Of a stretch of 64,000 bases of DNA, positions 27,650 to 40,395 are shown piece after piece. Made by a program: the position numbers and the translations under genes. Origin of the DNA: Octopus sinensis (lineage: Eukaryota); contig NC_043004.1 of assembly GCF_006345805.1 (NCBI RefSeq), forward strand, positions 88,660,001 to 88,724,000, read 5' to 3'. Within the stretch, counting starts at the first letter, position 1, and each line of letters starts with the position of its first letter. The notes below the pieces were generated by a model. It searched no databases, was not told the DNA's origin, and saw only the letters and a list, made by a program, of their open reading frames with translations.

Positions 27650-28494
27650 GTTCGTGGCTAAAACGCACCTCATTTCGCATCGCTCCAGTCCTCTCAGCTG
27701 TTAATTTGTCCTAACAATAATGACAGGTCGATGTCCTGTCCAATGGAATTGTTGTAATCTCAGTCATTTATACGCGGTAGAAACCGGTTTAATCTCTGAC
27801 CTTAGGTGACTTAGGGCTCATAACAGAACTAAGCTAAGAAATTACATATTATTTCAGAAGCTAGTAATTCAGCTAAACTACTGAGTCCCATCCATCCATC
27901 AGACCATCCACATAAGTATTTCTCGACTCAGTGAGGATCTAGCCTGATGCAATGATCCTGTTGACTTTGGCAGAAGGACCGACACATATATGGCAACTAT
28001 TAATACGACAAGACGAATTTTCTAGTTGTGAGAAATACATGTCATTAAATTTCTCAACACCTGATAAGTCATTTGCACACAAAAATACAGTTAATAACCC
28101 TAATCAATAATGTTAGAAAAAATGGAATTATTGTGATATGAATTATCCGCCTCACTATATTTAATTCTTTGCATCGACGTCCAGGTTTATGTTTCCGCGT
28201 GCTTTTCATCTCGCCGAAATGGATACGTAAAAAAAAAACTATGAAACCGATCACTGGGATTTGGAACTGGAATTTAAAGTGTTCAGGCAACATTGGACAT
28301 TTTTATTCATGTAATATCAACTTTTCCTTCCTATATCCTTTTTGATTTTCATAAGCGTTTAATAACTCACAATGTATGTGTTCCTGCACGTAACACTGGC
28401 GAACCCGCCTTTTGTTATTGGTGGGTTAATGTATGCTAATGTTAGCAGGCTCACTAAATCTAACATTGCTAACTTCAGAAATGCGTAAATGGAA

Positions 28495-28765
28495 GGATAG
28501 ATGGACGGATGGCGAGAGAGGGATGGAGGGAGGAAGGATGGAGGGTACAAGGGAAACAAGGAAAACGAAAGGGGACGGAGGGAAGAAGGGGTGAGGGAAG
28601 GAAGGAAGGAAGGAAGGATAAAGGGAAATGGAAAGAGGAAGGAGAGAGGATGGGGAAGAAGAGGAGGCGGGAGGAGAGAGATATACGGAGGAAGAGCGAG
28701 AGGGAAAGAGGAGAATAGGGAATGGATCAGAGAAGACAGCGGAGATGGAGGGATGGAGGGCGATG
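28495..28765. repeat. Polypurine (GA-rich) low-complexity tract
   Basis: Almost exclusively G/A on the + strand. Confidence 0.8.
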
Positions 28766-29957
28766 ATGATTCAGTTGCTCGGTCAACTGAATTGCTAGCA
28801 CCTGAAATGAAGTGAAAGTGATTGAGTATTCCACTGACATGTTTACTCTAGACGAAAATTATAAGGCAAAGAATTACCAATTTCACTTTGAATGTATGAA
28901 TTGAAAAACATCAGCTCAAGATGCCTGGCAGTGAGATTGAACCCGATAACTAACGGCTTCGAAGCGTACTTCGTAATCAATCGGCCATACTTTGGCAACT
29001 GAGAAGTGTATACATATTTCGCAAACTCCTCCCAACATGCTAAGTCTCTATTTCTGTTCTGATGATTTAAAGGTGTGCTCAACGTAGGCTCAGGAATAAG
29101 GGGTCAGGGGTTGCAAGCCCAACCCCTGGTGACAGTGGTGGTGCGGTGGTGGTGATGGTGGTGGGGTTAATTAAAATGCTTTGAACGTCTTCCTGGAAAG
29201 CTTCATCACCAAAACGAACAAGCGTAGAAACATTTGTGGACTGATTTGAAACATTACTTTTCCATTATTTGATTTATCCGAATTGATTGATGTAGAAATA
29301 TAATAATAATTACTATCATTATCTATGTGTCTGTTTTGATGTTAAGATTGTTAAAAAAAATCGGCCTTATTTGTAAAGAAAATTTGGACCTATGCTTGCA
29401 TCCCCTAAGCAAAGTTCTCTCTCGTACTTATGATGTCCAGTGTTAAGCTTCGTCCTCCAAACGCACATCCACTCAGAATTAACCTTTTAGGACGTAAAAA
29501 CTATCAACTGACAAAGTCGTCACTCCTGCAATTGGCCGTGGAGTTTTGTGACGTAAAGATCTTGACTCTAGCGATCAAAACTACAAAATATTTAAACTAA
29601 AACTTAAATGTTATTCGACAGTAGCCATGGATCCATTTTGTCCGCCAACTCTCCCTGAATGGTGTAGAGTTAGATTCCCTCAAACACCTCCTCCGGAGAA
29701 GCCTTTTGGAAGCAAGCGTCATTATGCTTGCCGGCTGGATCCTCAATCGTGACCAACAGAAACTATAGATATCACCCATCTATTTCGTTCTTGATCTCCT
29801 GCCACTTGGCTCGGCTTGAAGAGTCCGTCTTACAATTATTTCCTGCGACATTCGAATCACATGTCTGTTGAATCGCAGCTGTTGACCGCTCAATGCAAAG
29901 AAAATTACTACAAATATTGACATTCTTTGGGGTTTTGTCTACTAAAATAAATCCAAA

Positions 29958-30215
29958 TTTGTTGTTGTTGTTGTGGTGGTGGTGGTGGTGGTGGTGGCGG
30001 CGGCGGCGGCGGAGGCGGAGGCGGCTGCAGCGGAGGCGGAGGCGGCTGCAGCGGAGGCGGCTGCAGCGGAGGCGGAGGCGGCTGCAGCGGAGGCGGAGGC
30101 GGAGGCGGCTGTAGCGGAGGCGGAGACGGATGTGGCGACGGCAAAGGCGGAGGTGGCGGCGGAGACGGCGGCGAAGACGGCGGTGAAGACGGCGGGGGAG
30201 ATGGCGACGGGAGTG
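29958..30215. repeat. GC-rich compound repeat (GTT)n-(GGT)n-(GGC)n-(GGAGGC/GCTGCAGCG)n
   Basis: Directly visible. It is the most GC/CpG-rich tract in the window. Confidence 0.9.
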
Positions 30216-31034
30216 GGGCAGTTGGATAGCTCCAGGATAGGCATGGTCCAGCAGAACTATAAACAAAGGAAAATCTCGCCTTCTTGCATATCGGTGGCGA
30301 CCATAGACAGATGTGCCCTTCATTTTTACAAGACAGGGCAGTGCAAATTGTGAGGTTTTCATCGCGATTTCTAACAGACCAAAAGATCCTGATCGACAAA
30401 TAAGGTGATTAAACAAATCTTTAAAAAAGCCATTCATTAAACCGCTTTGTTTTCAAAAAGTCTTCCTTGACAGTTTTAAATAGGATAGATTAATCTTGAG
30501 AAGTCTGCGAAAGTTTGGGAAGCAAAAAATATTTTCAGAAAGTACACACATTTTATAAAGAAAAAACACACACATATATTAATAGACAGACATTCCAAAA
30601 TATATACAAACACTACAGAAACACACTCATACATACGTAGGTGTATAAATATATGTGTACACACACACACACACACACAAATATACATAACCACACACGC
30701 GCGCACAACGCGCATGCACATACAGGCACGCACACGTATACATGAATGTATGCATGCAGCTAAATACGTATAAATATACATATATGAATGTATGTATATA
30801 TGTGTATATACAAATTTGCGCTGATTATAATTATACTATATGTTATACATATGTATGTGTGTGTGTGTGTGTATTTACATATATATGTATACATATAAGC
30901 ACACACATATATGAAAGCATGTACAAACGTATGCGTATATATGTGCATATATTCATATGAATATATATATATATACGTGGTGTATATATGTAAGTATGTA
31001 TATAAGTATATATATATATATATATAATATATAT

Positions 31035-31099
<65 letters not shown>

Positions 31100-31430
31100 C
31101 AAAATATATATATATATATATAGCAAAATATATGCATTTATATATATACATGTATGTATGTATGCATGTATGTAAAAACTTCATTAATGACCACGTGAGC
31201 ATACAAAAACACACGTTAATAGGATTCTAGTTGCCGGGCATAGGCTATATGTTTATCCTAAATTGATTAAAAATAAATCTGTCAGACTAATTACATTTAA
31301 TCTACATTTACGTGGTAAAGTTAGACGTGGAACTAAATTAACTGATCGACAATATTTACATTATAATTGTATCTGAAACATCGATGTCTAAGCAGAGGAA
31401 ACATACAATGAGGTGTCTTTCCATACATAC

Positions 31431-31497
<67 letters not shown>

Positions 31498-31622
31498 TGC
31501 ATACACATATATACATAAATACATACACGCGCACACATATTTATTTAAATATAGTATATAAGTATTATATATGCATTCGTTTACATATGCTAATATACAG
31601 ATACATACCTATACATATACAG

Positions 31623-31677
<55 letters not shown>

Positions 31678-31848
31678 TATTGTGTGTGTGTGCGTGCATG
31701 TATGATATGTGTGCGTATGTTGTATTTGGCGATCGGGAAAATTTTAGTTTGTATTAGAGGAAAAAAAAACACAACATCCCATCCAAAAATAAATGTATTT
31801 TTAAAATATCAAAATATATCAATTAGATGATTGCTCGGAGATAACAGT

Positions 31849-33438
31849 TTACTCAACGTAACCGTCCTTAGCTTCAACTGTGGAGTCAGAGAGCTTCCTG
31901 ACATGGCGCAAACGTTCCTCACTGTGACCCGGAGATGATGTTTGCCACCAGCTCGGCCTTGGTGTTGCAGGCAGAATGGATGGTGTCACTCTCAACAACA
32001 CCCCGCACATAGTATCGGGATGGCAGAAATTAGAGAAATTAAGGCGGCGTGCTCGCAGAAACGTTAGCATGCCGGGCGAAATGCGTAGCCGTATTTCGTC
32101 TGCTGTCACGTTCTGAGTTCAAATTCCGCCGAGGTCGACTTTGCCTTTCATCCTTTCGGGGTCATTAAATTAAGTACCAGTTACGCACTGGGGTCGATAT
32201 AATCGACTTAATCCGTTTGTCTGTCCTTGTTTGTCATCACTGTGTTTACCCATTTGTGGGTAATAAAGAAATAGGTATTTCGTCTGGCGCTACGTTCTGA
32301 GTTCAAATTCCGTCGAGGTCAACTTTATCTTTCATCCTTTCGGGGTCGATTAAATAAGTACGAGTTACGCACTGGGGTCGATATAATCGACTTAATCCGT
32401 TTGTCTGTCCTTGTTTGTCATCTCTGTGTTTACCCCTTTGTGAGCAATAAAGAAATAGGTATTTCGTCTGGCGCTACGTTCTGAGTTCAAATTCCGTCGA
32501 GGTCAACTTTATCTTTCATCCTTTCGGGGTCGATTAAATAAGTACCAGTTACGCACTGGGGTCGATGTAATCGACTTAATCCGTTTGTTTGTCCTCGTTT
32601 GTCTCCTCTGTGTTTAGCCCCTTGTGGGTAGTAAAGAAATAGGTATTTTGTTCGCCCTTACGTTTTGAGTTCAAATTCCGCCGAGGTCGACTTTGCCTTT
32701 CATCCTTTCGGGGTCGATAAATTAAGTACCAGTTACGCACAGGGGTCGACTTAAACCTTCTGTCTCTCCTTGTCTGCCCCCTCTATGTTTAGCCTCTTGT
32801 GGGCAATAAATAAATAAGAAATTAGAGCTAGGGAAGTTGAAGTAATTCTCTGACAACCACTTCTGACTCTTTCTTGAGGTATGGCTACGATTCGAATTCT
32901 GCTACTACACATACGTCTTACAGCAGCAACTCTCTCCGTCCAGGAATGGACTACAGTCTCTAACAGCTTCACATAGCTCTCTTAATCGAGGATAAAATCC
33001 GGTTCGAAGGTATGATGTTATACGCCGGCGTGCATAGGCAGTCAGATCTCTTGCTGTGTCTCTTCTTGCGAAACACAGCTTCGTAATCTCCGTTACAGCT
33101 GTCCTGTTTCACAGTCTTTGCAGTGTTCACAAAACATTGAGCAGCAGTCATGATGTCGACATTTTGATACCCGGCGCGAATCATCATGATACACGTAACT
33201 CTTTTCCAATTTTTAAATGGCTTCCTAACCTATATATCAGGATCGGAAGCCATCTGAAATCGGGAAAAAGTTACCTGTATGATGTATTCCAGCCCTCCAT
33301 GTCAGCTAACGTTTTCCTAATTACAACTTTAATCTTTATACTCTCCAATGCTACTGACTATTCACCAATAGATCAAGGTGTTCCTGAAAAAACAGGAAAG
33401 ACATAAACGATACTCAAATTTAACCCGAACCACCTGTA
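31849..33438 (-). mobile_element. Tc1/mariner transposon (probably DD37D/maT-like), internally deleted and interrupted by a SINE array
   Basis: The minus strand gives an N-terminus MIRAGYQNVDIMTAAQC..NGDYEAV..RSDC, then YVKLLETVVHSWTERVAA, then SQKWLSEN..PSS, and after the SINE (DY)YVRGVVESDT..ACNTKAELVANI..VEAKDGYVE*. The 5' end reads TA-CAGGTGGTTCGGG at about 33438. The 3' TIR was not resolved. Confidence 0.75.
32041..32816 (+). mobile_element. tRNA-derived SINE (family A) with four tandem ~187-bp internal units, inserted into the mariner
   Basis: Head aaggcggcg..gcagaaacgttagcatgccgggcgaaatg. The unit ggtatttcgtc..gagttcaaattcc..ctttcatcctttcggggtcgat..aagtaccagttacgcactggggtcgat recurs at about 32090, 32275, 32460 and 32640. 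An 11-bp TSD AGAAATTAGAG lies at 32025-32035 and 32817-32827. Confidence 0.85.
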
Positions 33439-34119
33439 TAGGCAGATACACATACATACACGACTGAGTAAGCATAAAACTCCAACACTTAAACCATTTG
33501 TGTAATTTCACAGAACTTTAAGTTCTATTTTTCCTGTTAGTTCCCACTCATGCACATACACACACACATACATACATGCATGCATACATACATCACACAT
33601 ATATACAAATGTTCCCACATTTATACGCACACGTATATACATATGTATACATATTTGTATGCATATATATATAGATAGATACATACATATATACATACAT
33701 ACATACATACATATAAACACATATATATACATCTGTGTGTGTAGGTGAGTGTTTATGTATGTATACATGCATATATGCATGTATGGATGTATATATGTAT
33801 GTATACATATATCATATTTTGTGGGAGTGGGGATTATTTCCAGAGATTTAATGCGCATTTTTATGTATTCAACTGATATTAATATTTCCATAGAAAGCCA
33901 TAAAACTCTAATAAGATAGACGCAATTAAATATGTGTGTCTGTTAACTAGGATGTTTCATATAAAACCAGGAGTTATCTTTGTGTATATAACCTTCAGTT
34001 TGAATCGCACGAATGAACAAAACCTCGTGGCAACAGGATAACTTGATAGGGTGTAATAAGTTTCCCGAAACTTATATTATACTTGTTAAGGATTATTTCT
34101 ACAGATCCACTGTGCCGAC

Positions 34120-34430
34120 TGCTTCATCTCTGGCAAGGACGATGTACTGCAATAGCTTGGGTTTCAAGGGGCTACAGCAGTTTAACTCTCTGCCGAAGCA
34201 TCTGAGGAGCCTCCAAGGAGTGGATGTAGACGTTAACTTGAACTCTAGCTCGCCGAGATCCCGGATGAGCCAATATCTAGGCAGGAAACTCAAAAGAGGG
34301 CAGTAGCATCGAACTCCATCCTTCACCAAAAGCCGCTCCGACAAAGGTGGAAAGTGGCAAGATGATTACAATGGCAGTGCTCCAACATGGCCACAGTCAT
34401 TGGACTGAAGCATATAAAAGAATAAAAGAA
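34120..34430 (+). mobile_element. CR1/L2-group LINE 3' end
   Basis: YCNSLGFKGLQQFNSLPKHLRSLQGVDVDV, then after a frameshift EIPDEPISRQETQKRAVASNSILHQ, then the tail ggcagtgctccaacatggccacagtcattggactgaagcatataaaagaa. Confidence 0.75.
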
Positions 34431-34801
34431 TTTTCTATGGAAATTAAGGTCAGCACTGATTTTGTTACGATATTTTGTATCCGGGACGCCTGATATAAAT
34501 AACGACGAGATCTAAAATGTAAATTGTGTAATGGGCGTATATGCCAGATTTCAGGAGTTTTGCTCTTTCATCATCACCTATCTATCCCATTAACCATCCA
34601 CGAACTCATTATATAAATATCCACTAATTATAGCGATGTAACGTTATGCATAGAGCAGATTTACATATAAAACATATTCCTGAGAGCGGGTACGTAAATA
34701 CTAATGACTTGTAGGGAGACCATGTTTGCATAACGAAATACGGTGTCCCTACAGGTCATTAATATTTATATAGTACTTTGCTTAGCATATATATATATAT
34801 A

Positions 34802-34850
<49 letters not shown>

Positions 34851-34852
<2 letters not shown>

Positions 34853-35070
34853 AGGCACAATGGCCCAGTGGTTAGGGCAGCGGTGGTGACGATCCCTGCT
34901 GTACTCTTTCGCCACAACTTTCTCTCACTCTTTCTTCTGTTGGCCTGCTCGCTTAACCAGCGGGGTGGCGTCATTTGAAGGCTAAAACAATGCGAAGCGC
35001 ATTGTGATGAACGATGTGTAGCAACAGCTGATAACCTGGTCGGTCACGGTGATCACGGTGATATATATGC
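34851..35070 (+). mobile_element. SINE family D head and body with an alternative 3' tail
   Basis: Same head and body as 27318-27649, with an internal deletion. It then continues gcattgtga..ggtcacggtgatcacggtga(TA); the reverse complement of this tail occurs at ~132-245. Confidence 0.65.
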
Positions 35071-35702
35071 TTAGCGGCATTTTATCTGGACTTATGTCCC
35101 GAGTTCAAATTCCAAGGTCGATTTTGTCATTCATCCTTTCAGGCTCGATAAAATAAGTACCAGTGGGAGCACTGGGATTGATGTAATCGACTAGTATCTT
35201 ACCCACAAAATTTCAGGCCTTGTGCCTATAGTAGAAAAGATTATTAACTTAGCAAAGGTTTTTGTTATGCTCTATCAGGTGGTGTCGCTGAGATGTCTAT
35301 TCTCTCAGTGATAAAAAGTGATAATCAAATCCTATGAAAAAAATTCTCACCAAGGAAGTAGAGAATACGTATATTCTCAACGTAGTTCTACATTTTGCGT
35401 TTCTGCTTCCTGATATACATAAAAGTATTGACTCTAGGTGGTTTTGTTTGTATTAGATCAGTAGCGCGTGTTAGAACACTTGCGCTGATGAATTTTGCAT
35501 CTGTGACCACACGCGTATACATATTTGTACTTTTGTCAATATACTTCAGAGAATGTTTGATTGTATGTCTATGCATGCATTTACGTTTCTATTTTAACAT
35601 GTATTTTGTCTTCACATGGGTACGTAACTCACCACATATATATATATATTATATATATATATATAATATATATATATATAATATATAATATATATAATAT
35701 AT

Positions 35703-35768
<66 letters not shown>

Positions 35769-36254
35769 GAGTTATTTGTACCTATCAGCATGTATGTATA
35801 TATATATGTATACATGTATGTTAGTTGACAAAATCAGTTGTATATTTATATAAATATAAATACGTGCGATAGCTTCACGGCTACTTTTTTTCTTTCTCTA
35901 TGTTTCATGCAGCCATAATGCTTTTTAAGAAATTAGGTATTTGTGTAAATATTAACTCTAGACAGCGTTCCACTGCATTTGTTGGTGTAATCTTATATAA
36001 TGTTGTGGCTTCCATATTGTAAGAGTGCATTACCTTGTTTTTCCCAAAATGTTCGAGGCGATACTGTCGCTATTGTTTATTATCATTATTATTATCAATA
36101 TTATTTTAAATGTTTGTTTTATTTTGCGTTCTTTATGCAAGATCTAGTTTTTTTGGATGCACTAAATATTGTAGTGTATTTGAAAACAACCTCACTACTT
36201 TCCGAGTTTACGCATTTCACAATGAGAGGTATTTCAAAATACAATAAGAAAAAA

Positions 36255-36520
36255 ATAACAATAACAATAATGATGATGATGATGATGATGATGATAATGA
36301 TGATGACGGTAACAACGACGGCGATGATGATGGTGTTAATGACGATGACGATGATGATTGTGATAATAATAATAATAATAATAAATAATAATAATAATAA
36401 TAATATAATAATAATAATATAAGAAGAAGAAGAAGAACAACAACAACAACAACAGCAACAACAACAACAATAACAACGACAACAGCAGCAGCAGCAGTAG
36501 CAGCAACAACAACAACAATT
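36255..36520. repeat. Compound trinucleotide repeat (ATG/AAT/AAG/AAC/CAG)
   Basis: Successive blocks of different triplets are directly visible. Confidence 0.9.
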
Positions 36521-37143
36521 TTCTAAAAACTGCAAAAACAGATCAATCAGTTTAAAAGAAAATTGAAAAATTGACGTCAGAAAAAAATATACAAAAAAAT
36601 CTCGTGGCAACAGATACTTATGAAAATTGCTTTTCCTGTCTTCAAACATTTCATCTGTATTTCTGCCTTAAAAATCTTACATTTATATGTAAAACCACTC
36701 AGGAAAATGCTTGCCACAGAAAGAAATGCTTAGATTAGTTAGATTATTGCATCTCTAATAATGCAACTGGAATGGTAAATGGTTTTGAAGAAATTCAGTG
36801 GTACTATTTTAGTTTCTTCATATATTTTTTTTGTATGATAGTTGAGCTTGCTGGTATAATTTTCTTCTTCGCTTTTAGTGGAACAGAAAATGAAGTGTGG
36901 TTGTTAAAATATATAGGCTAGGTAACGGGAGTTTGATAAATATTAAAAAAAAGTAAATACAAGGAAAAAAATTAAATGCATTATAAGTTTCCTAGAATTG
37001 ATGTTTTATAGAGAAAGTTACTTCTCTACTATGCTGAGTACCTAATAGTTTCAGTGCTTGTAGGAGAAACCTATATTTTTCTTCAATAAATGCACTTGAA
37101 AAAGCATTAGATTTAAAAATAAGTATATTCGTATCATTTATAT

Positions 37144-37687
37144 TGTATATACAAATGCTAACTGTGATATTTTGTCTCAGAGAAACCTCTTTAAGAGACT
37201 TCTGTTGAAAGACACAGAGCTTGCTCAGAATGTTGTCGGCGGATCGCCAGACAGTGGCGTTTCAACATCTCTCGGTCTTCTCAGTCACCGAAAACACCCA
37301 AACATGATGAGCTAAGCCGAAATATATTCGTTCTGATATAGAAATCGATAAAAAAAAACATTCACTGATATGTGAGAAATCTGGTCAGGTTAAAAATAAA
37401 TTGATGCACTCACTCGAAACAACATTAGACTGAAATAGCGATTATATAGTATTTACAATGTACATACAAACATAGTTTCTATATATTGCCTCGGAGAAAC
37501 TTCTCCAACAAACTTGTATGTTGAAGAACACAAAGATCCATCAAAATTCTGTCGGTGGATCGTCGAAACACTTTCTTAGACAATCCGACGACGACATTCT
37601 CAGCGAGATATTTACGCACAAGTTTCTTTAAGAAGTTTTTCTGTGACAAAATATTATAGCTTGTGTTGTCTCACGTTTGTGTATACA
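37144..37687. mobile_element. Old MITE-like element with ~85-bp degenerate subterminal inverted repeats
   Basis: atattttgtctcagagaaacctctttaagagactt..cagaatgttgtcggcggat (~37167-37246) is an imperfect reverse complement of atccgacgacgacattctcag..aagtttctttaagaagtttttctgtgacaaaatat (~37583-37654). Confidence 0.5.
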
Positions 37688-38739
37688 TTATAAATTTATA
37701 CATCATCATATATTTTTTCTCTACGTCACTCTAAATATACCCATAGATATTTGAGTATATTAGCTTTTATTTATCTTTTGTGTTTCATTCATTAGACTGC
37801 GGTCATGCTGAAGCTCTGTCTTGAAGAATTTTTAATCGAATGTATCGACCCAAAATGTCTTTTTTTTTTACTTGTTAAGCCTGGTGCTTACTCTATCGGT
37901 CTCAGCCGAATCGCTAAGTTACGAGAACGTAGACACACCAACACGGGTTTTCAAGCAGTGGTGAGAGATAAACACAAATATGAACACACACACACACACA
38001 TATAAACAACGGGCTTCTTTCAGTTTCCGTCTACCAAATCCACATATAAAGCTTTGCTCGGACCGAGGCTATGGTAGAAGGCACTTAACCAGGATGTTAC
38101 GCAGGACTGAACCGGGGACCATGTGTTTGGGAAGCAAGATTCTTACCACACAGCTACGCCTGAGCCTAAACAATTTTGAAAATTATTGCTATACAACGAA
38201 TTACTTTATGATTAATCTAATATTAACTTACATTTTCCACTTAATCATGTTCACATTCAAGGAGATAATTAAATAAATTAATGTCTATATGCCAACATAA
38301 CGTGGCAGTCCTGTAAAGGACGATTTTACTGTTGTTTTGGCTCCATGAAAACATCTCCAGCTGGCTAACGACGCACATTCTGTGTCCGTACATTGCATTT
38401 ACAAGGGAGGTCATCGCTCCCATCTCTAGCTTTACGTGATACTCACAGATCTAGGTTTCTGGATGTTATCCGTCCTCAATGTAAGATAATCTCCAGTTAG
38501 TGATGAACGCTATCTCCACTCGCAGATACTATATATTCTTTAAGAGACACACATCCACTGATCTCGTATTGAGAAAAACAGCATATATTAAATCACTGAG
38601 CGAGAGAAATACAGTAACAGTACCGGATAGTAATTTTTATATGCCAAGATAACGTGGCAGTCTTGTAAAGGACGTTGTTACTGTTGTTTTAGCCCCAGGA
38701 AAATCTTTTTTCTGGACACTAACTGAAGATGAAATGGTC

Positions 38740-39615
38740 TGGTTTTGTCCTGTTTGCCGTTGTTATGTTTCCGCCAATTATGTTTTGTTGATTTCCGTTT
38801 GTTGTATTATTTCTGTCCTGTTGTAGATTTTACCAAACTTTTGTGAAATTCGTACCAATTTGTGGAACTGTTCCTGCTGGCCAGGAGTACTGTCGGCCGG
38901 AATTGCGCTTTATTTTGCTGTTTTGAACTGTCTTCTTTCTTTCTGCTGTCTTCCTTTTGTTTTGACTACGAACATTTTCTTTTAACTTTGGTTTGAATTT
39001 TTTTGCTCTCAAGCATGGCAAAGAAAGATAAGGTGATGGAGTGGGAAATTGCCCCACCCAAACAGTGGATAAAAAGTCTTGGGGAGAGGACGGTAGTGCT
39101 GCGAACGTACTCCAAGTCGCTCGACACCATCGCCATCTTTAAAAAGACCGACATAGAGAGAAAGTTGGCAGAGTATATGTCAACTGTAAAATTTATTTCC
39201 AGGGGTGTCAAATATGCGACGGTTTGGTTATTATTTGACACCCTTGAAGAGGCTCGCAATTTTGCAAGTCAGCCCTTAGAGGGCGAAGAAATATTGTTTC
39301 TTCCCACGTATTGTGGGAAGAAGTTGGCAAGAGCTGGCATCTGCGGTTTACCACCCGGGATAGAACCCGAGTGGATAGAAGACACTATACGTCTGGGTCT
39401 GGGTGGCAGTGGAGCCGAGCTCCTTAATGTCTAAATTTTGCATGCGGCTGATTGGGTGGGGTCAAAAGCGGTTTTGCCCCTGTGGACCCAATCAGGAAAG
39501 AATCTGGTGTTTTCAGATTTTCTTAATATGGCCGGTTCTAAGTATCGGGTGATTCTTGGGGGGTCCCCCCATGTCACCTGTGCCTAGAACCAGGCCACAT
39601 TAATAAAAATATTGT
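38740..39615 (+). mobile_element. 5' UTR and ORF1 (gag-like, CCHC knuckle) of a Tx1/L1-like LINE, pseudogenised and 3'-truncated
   Basis: 143-codon ORF 39003-39434 (MAKKDKVMEWEIAPPKQW..ARAGICGLPPGIEPEWIEDTI). It continues past one stop, and after a frameshift reads CHLCLEPGHINKN (C-x2-C-x4-H, 39572-39598). The sequence is then cut off by TA repeat and SINE. Confidence 0.6.
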
Positions 39616-40323
39616 TTAATTTGATTATATATATATATTTGTGTCTGTGTTTGTTCCCACACCACCACGTCGCTTGATAACCAATGTTGGTACTTTTACT
39701 TACCCGTAACATATCGGTTCGACAAAAAGAACCAATAGAATAAGTCCTACAGTCGGTTTATTCGACTAAAGGCGGTGCTCTTACATGGCCGCAGTCAAAT
39801 GACTGAAGCAAGTAAAGGAAAAAGGGAATAAAGGAATATATATATAGATAAAAAGATAGAAAGGCGGCGAGATGACAGAAACGTTAACACGCCGGGCGAA
39901 ATGTTTTGTGGTATTTTGTCTGTCTTTACGTTCTGAGTTCAGATTCCGCCGAGATCGATTTTGCCTTCCATCCTTTCGACGTTAATAAATTAAGTACCAA
40001 TCTAATCGACTGGCCCCCTTCCCCAAAATTTCAGGCCTTGTGTCTAGAGTAGAAGAGAATATATATATATATGCATGTATGTATGTATATGTATATACAT
40101 ATATACAGGCACAGTCGCACGCAGGTAGATGTTTGAATGACATTTGTATAGGTGATTATAAGGATTCGCTCTGCGTATATTCGTGAAATGCATATAAATA
40201 ACAATCAAGAAAGTCCACATGCCTCTTACTTTCAATAAGAACTCATAGAAACAAGAAATATGTGTATTTCGTCAAGTAAGAATAACGCTGAACAAACAGA
40301 TCAGCGGAAATATAATATACAAC

Positions 40324-40395
<72 letters not shown>

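Noticed and set aside
28905-29000. Peptide NISS...AYFVINRPYFG resembling the end of the preceding receptor exon
   Set aside because: No GT donor in the required phase, an in-frame stop follows, and the N-terminal spacing is wrong.
32041-32816. CRISPR-like array of regular repeats
   Set aside because: The units are ~187-bp near-identical SINE segments without unique spacers, in a eukaryotic context with no cas genes.
36000-36649. Poly-M/I/N/C ORFs
   Set aside because: These are translations of compound trinucleotide repeats.
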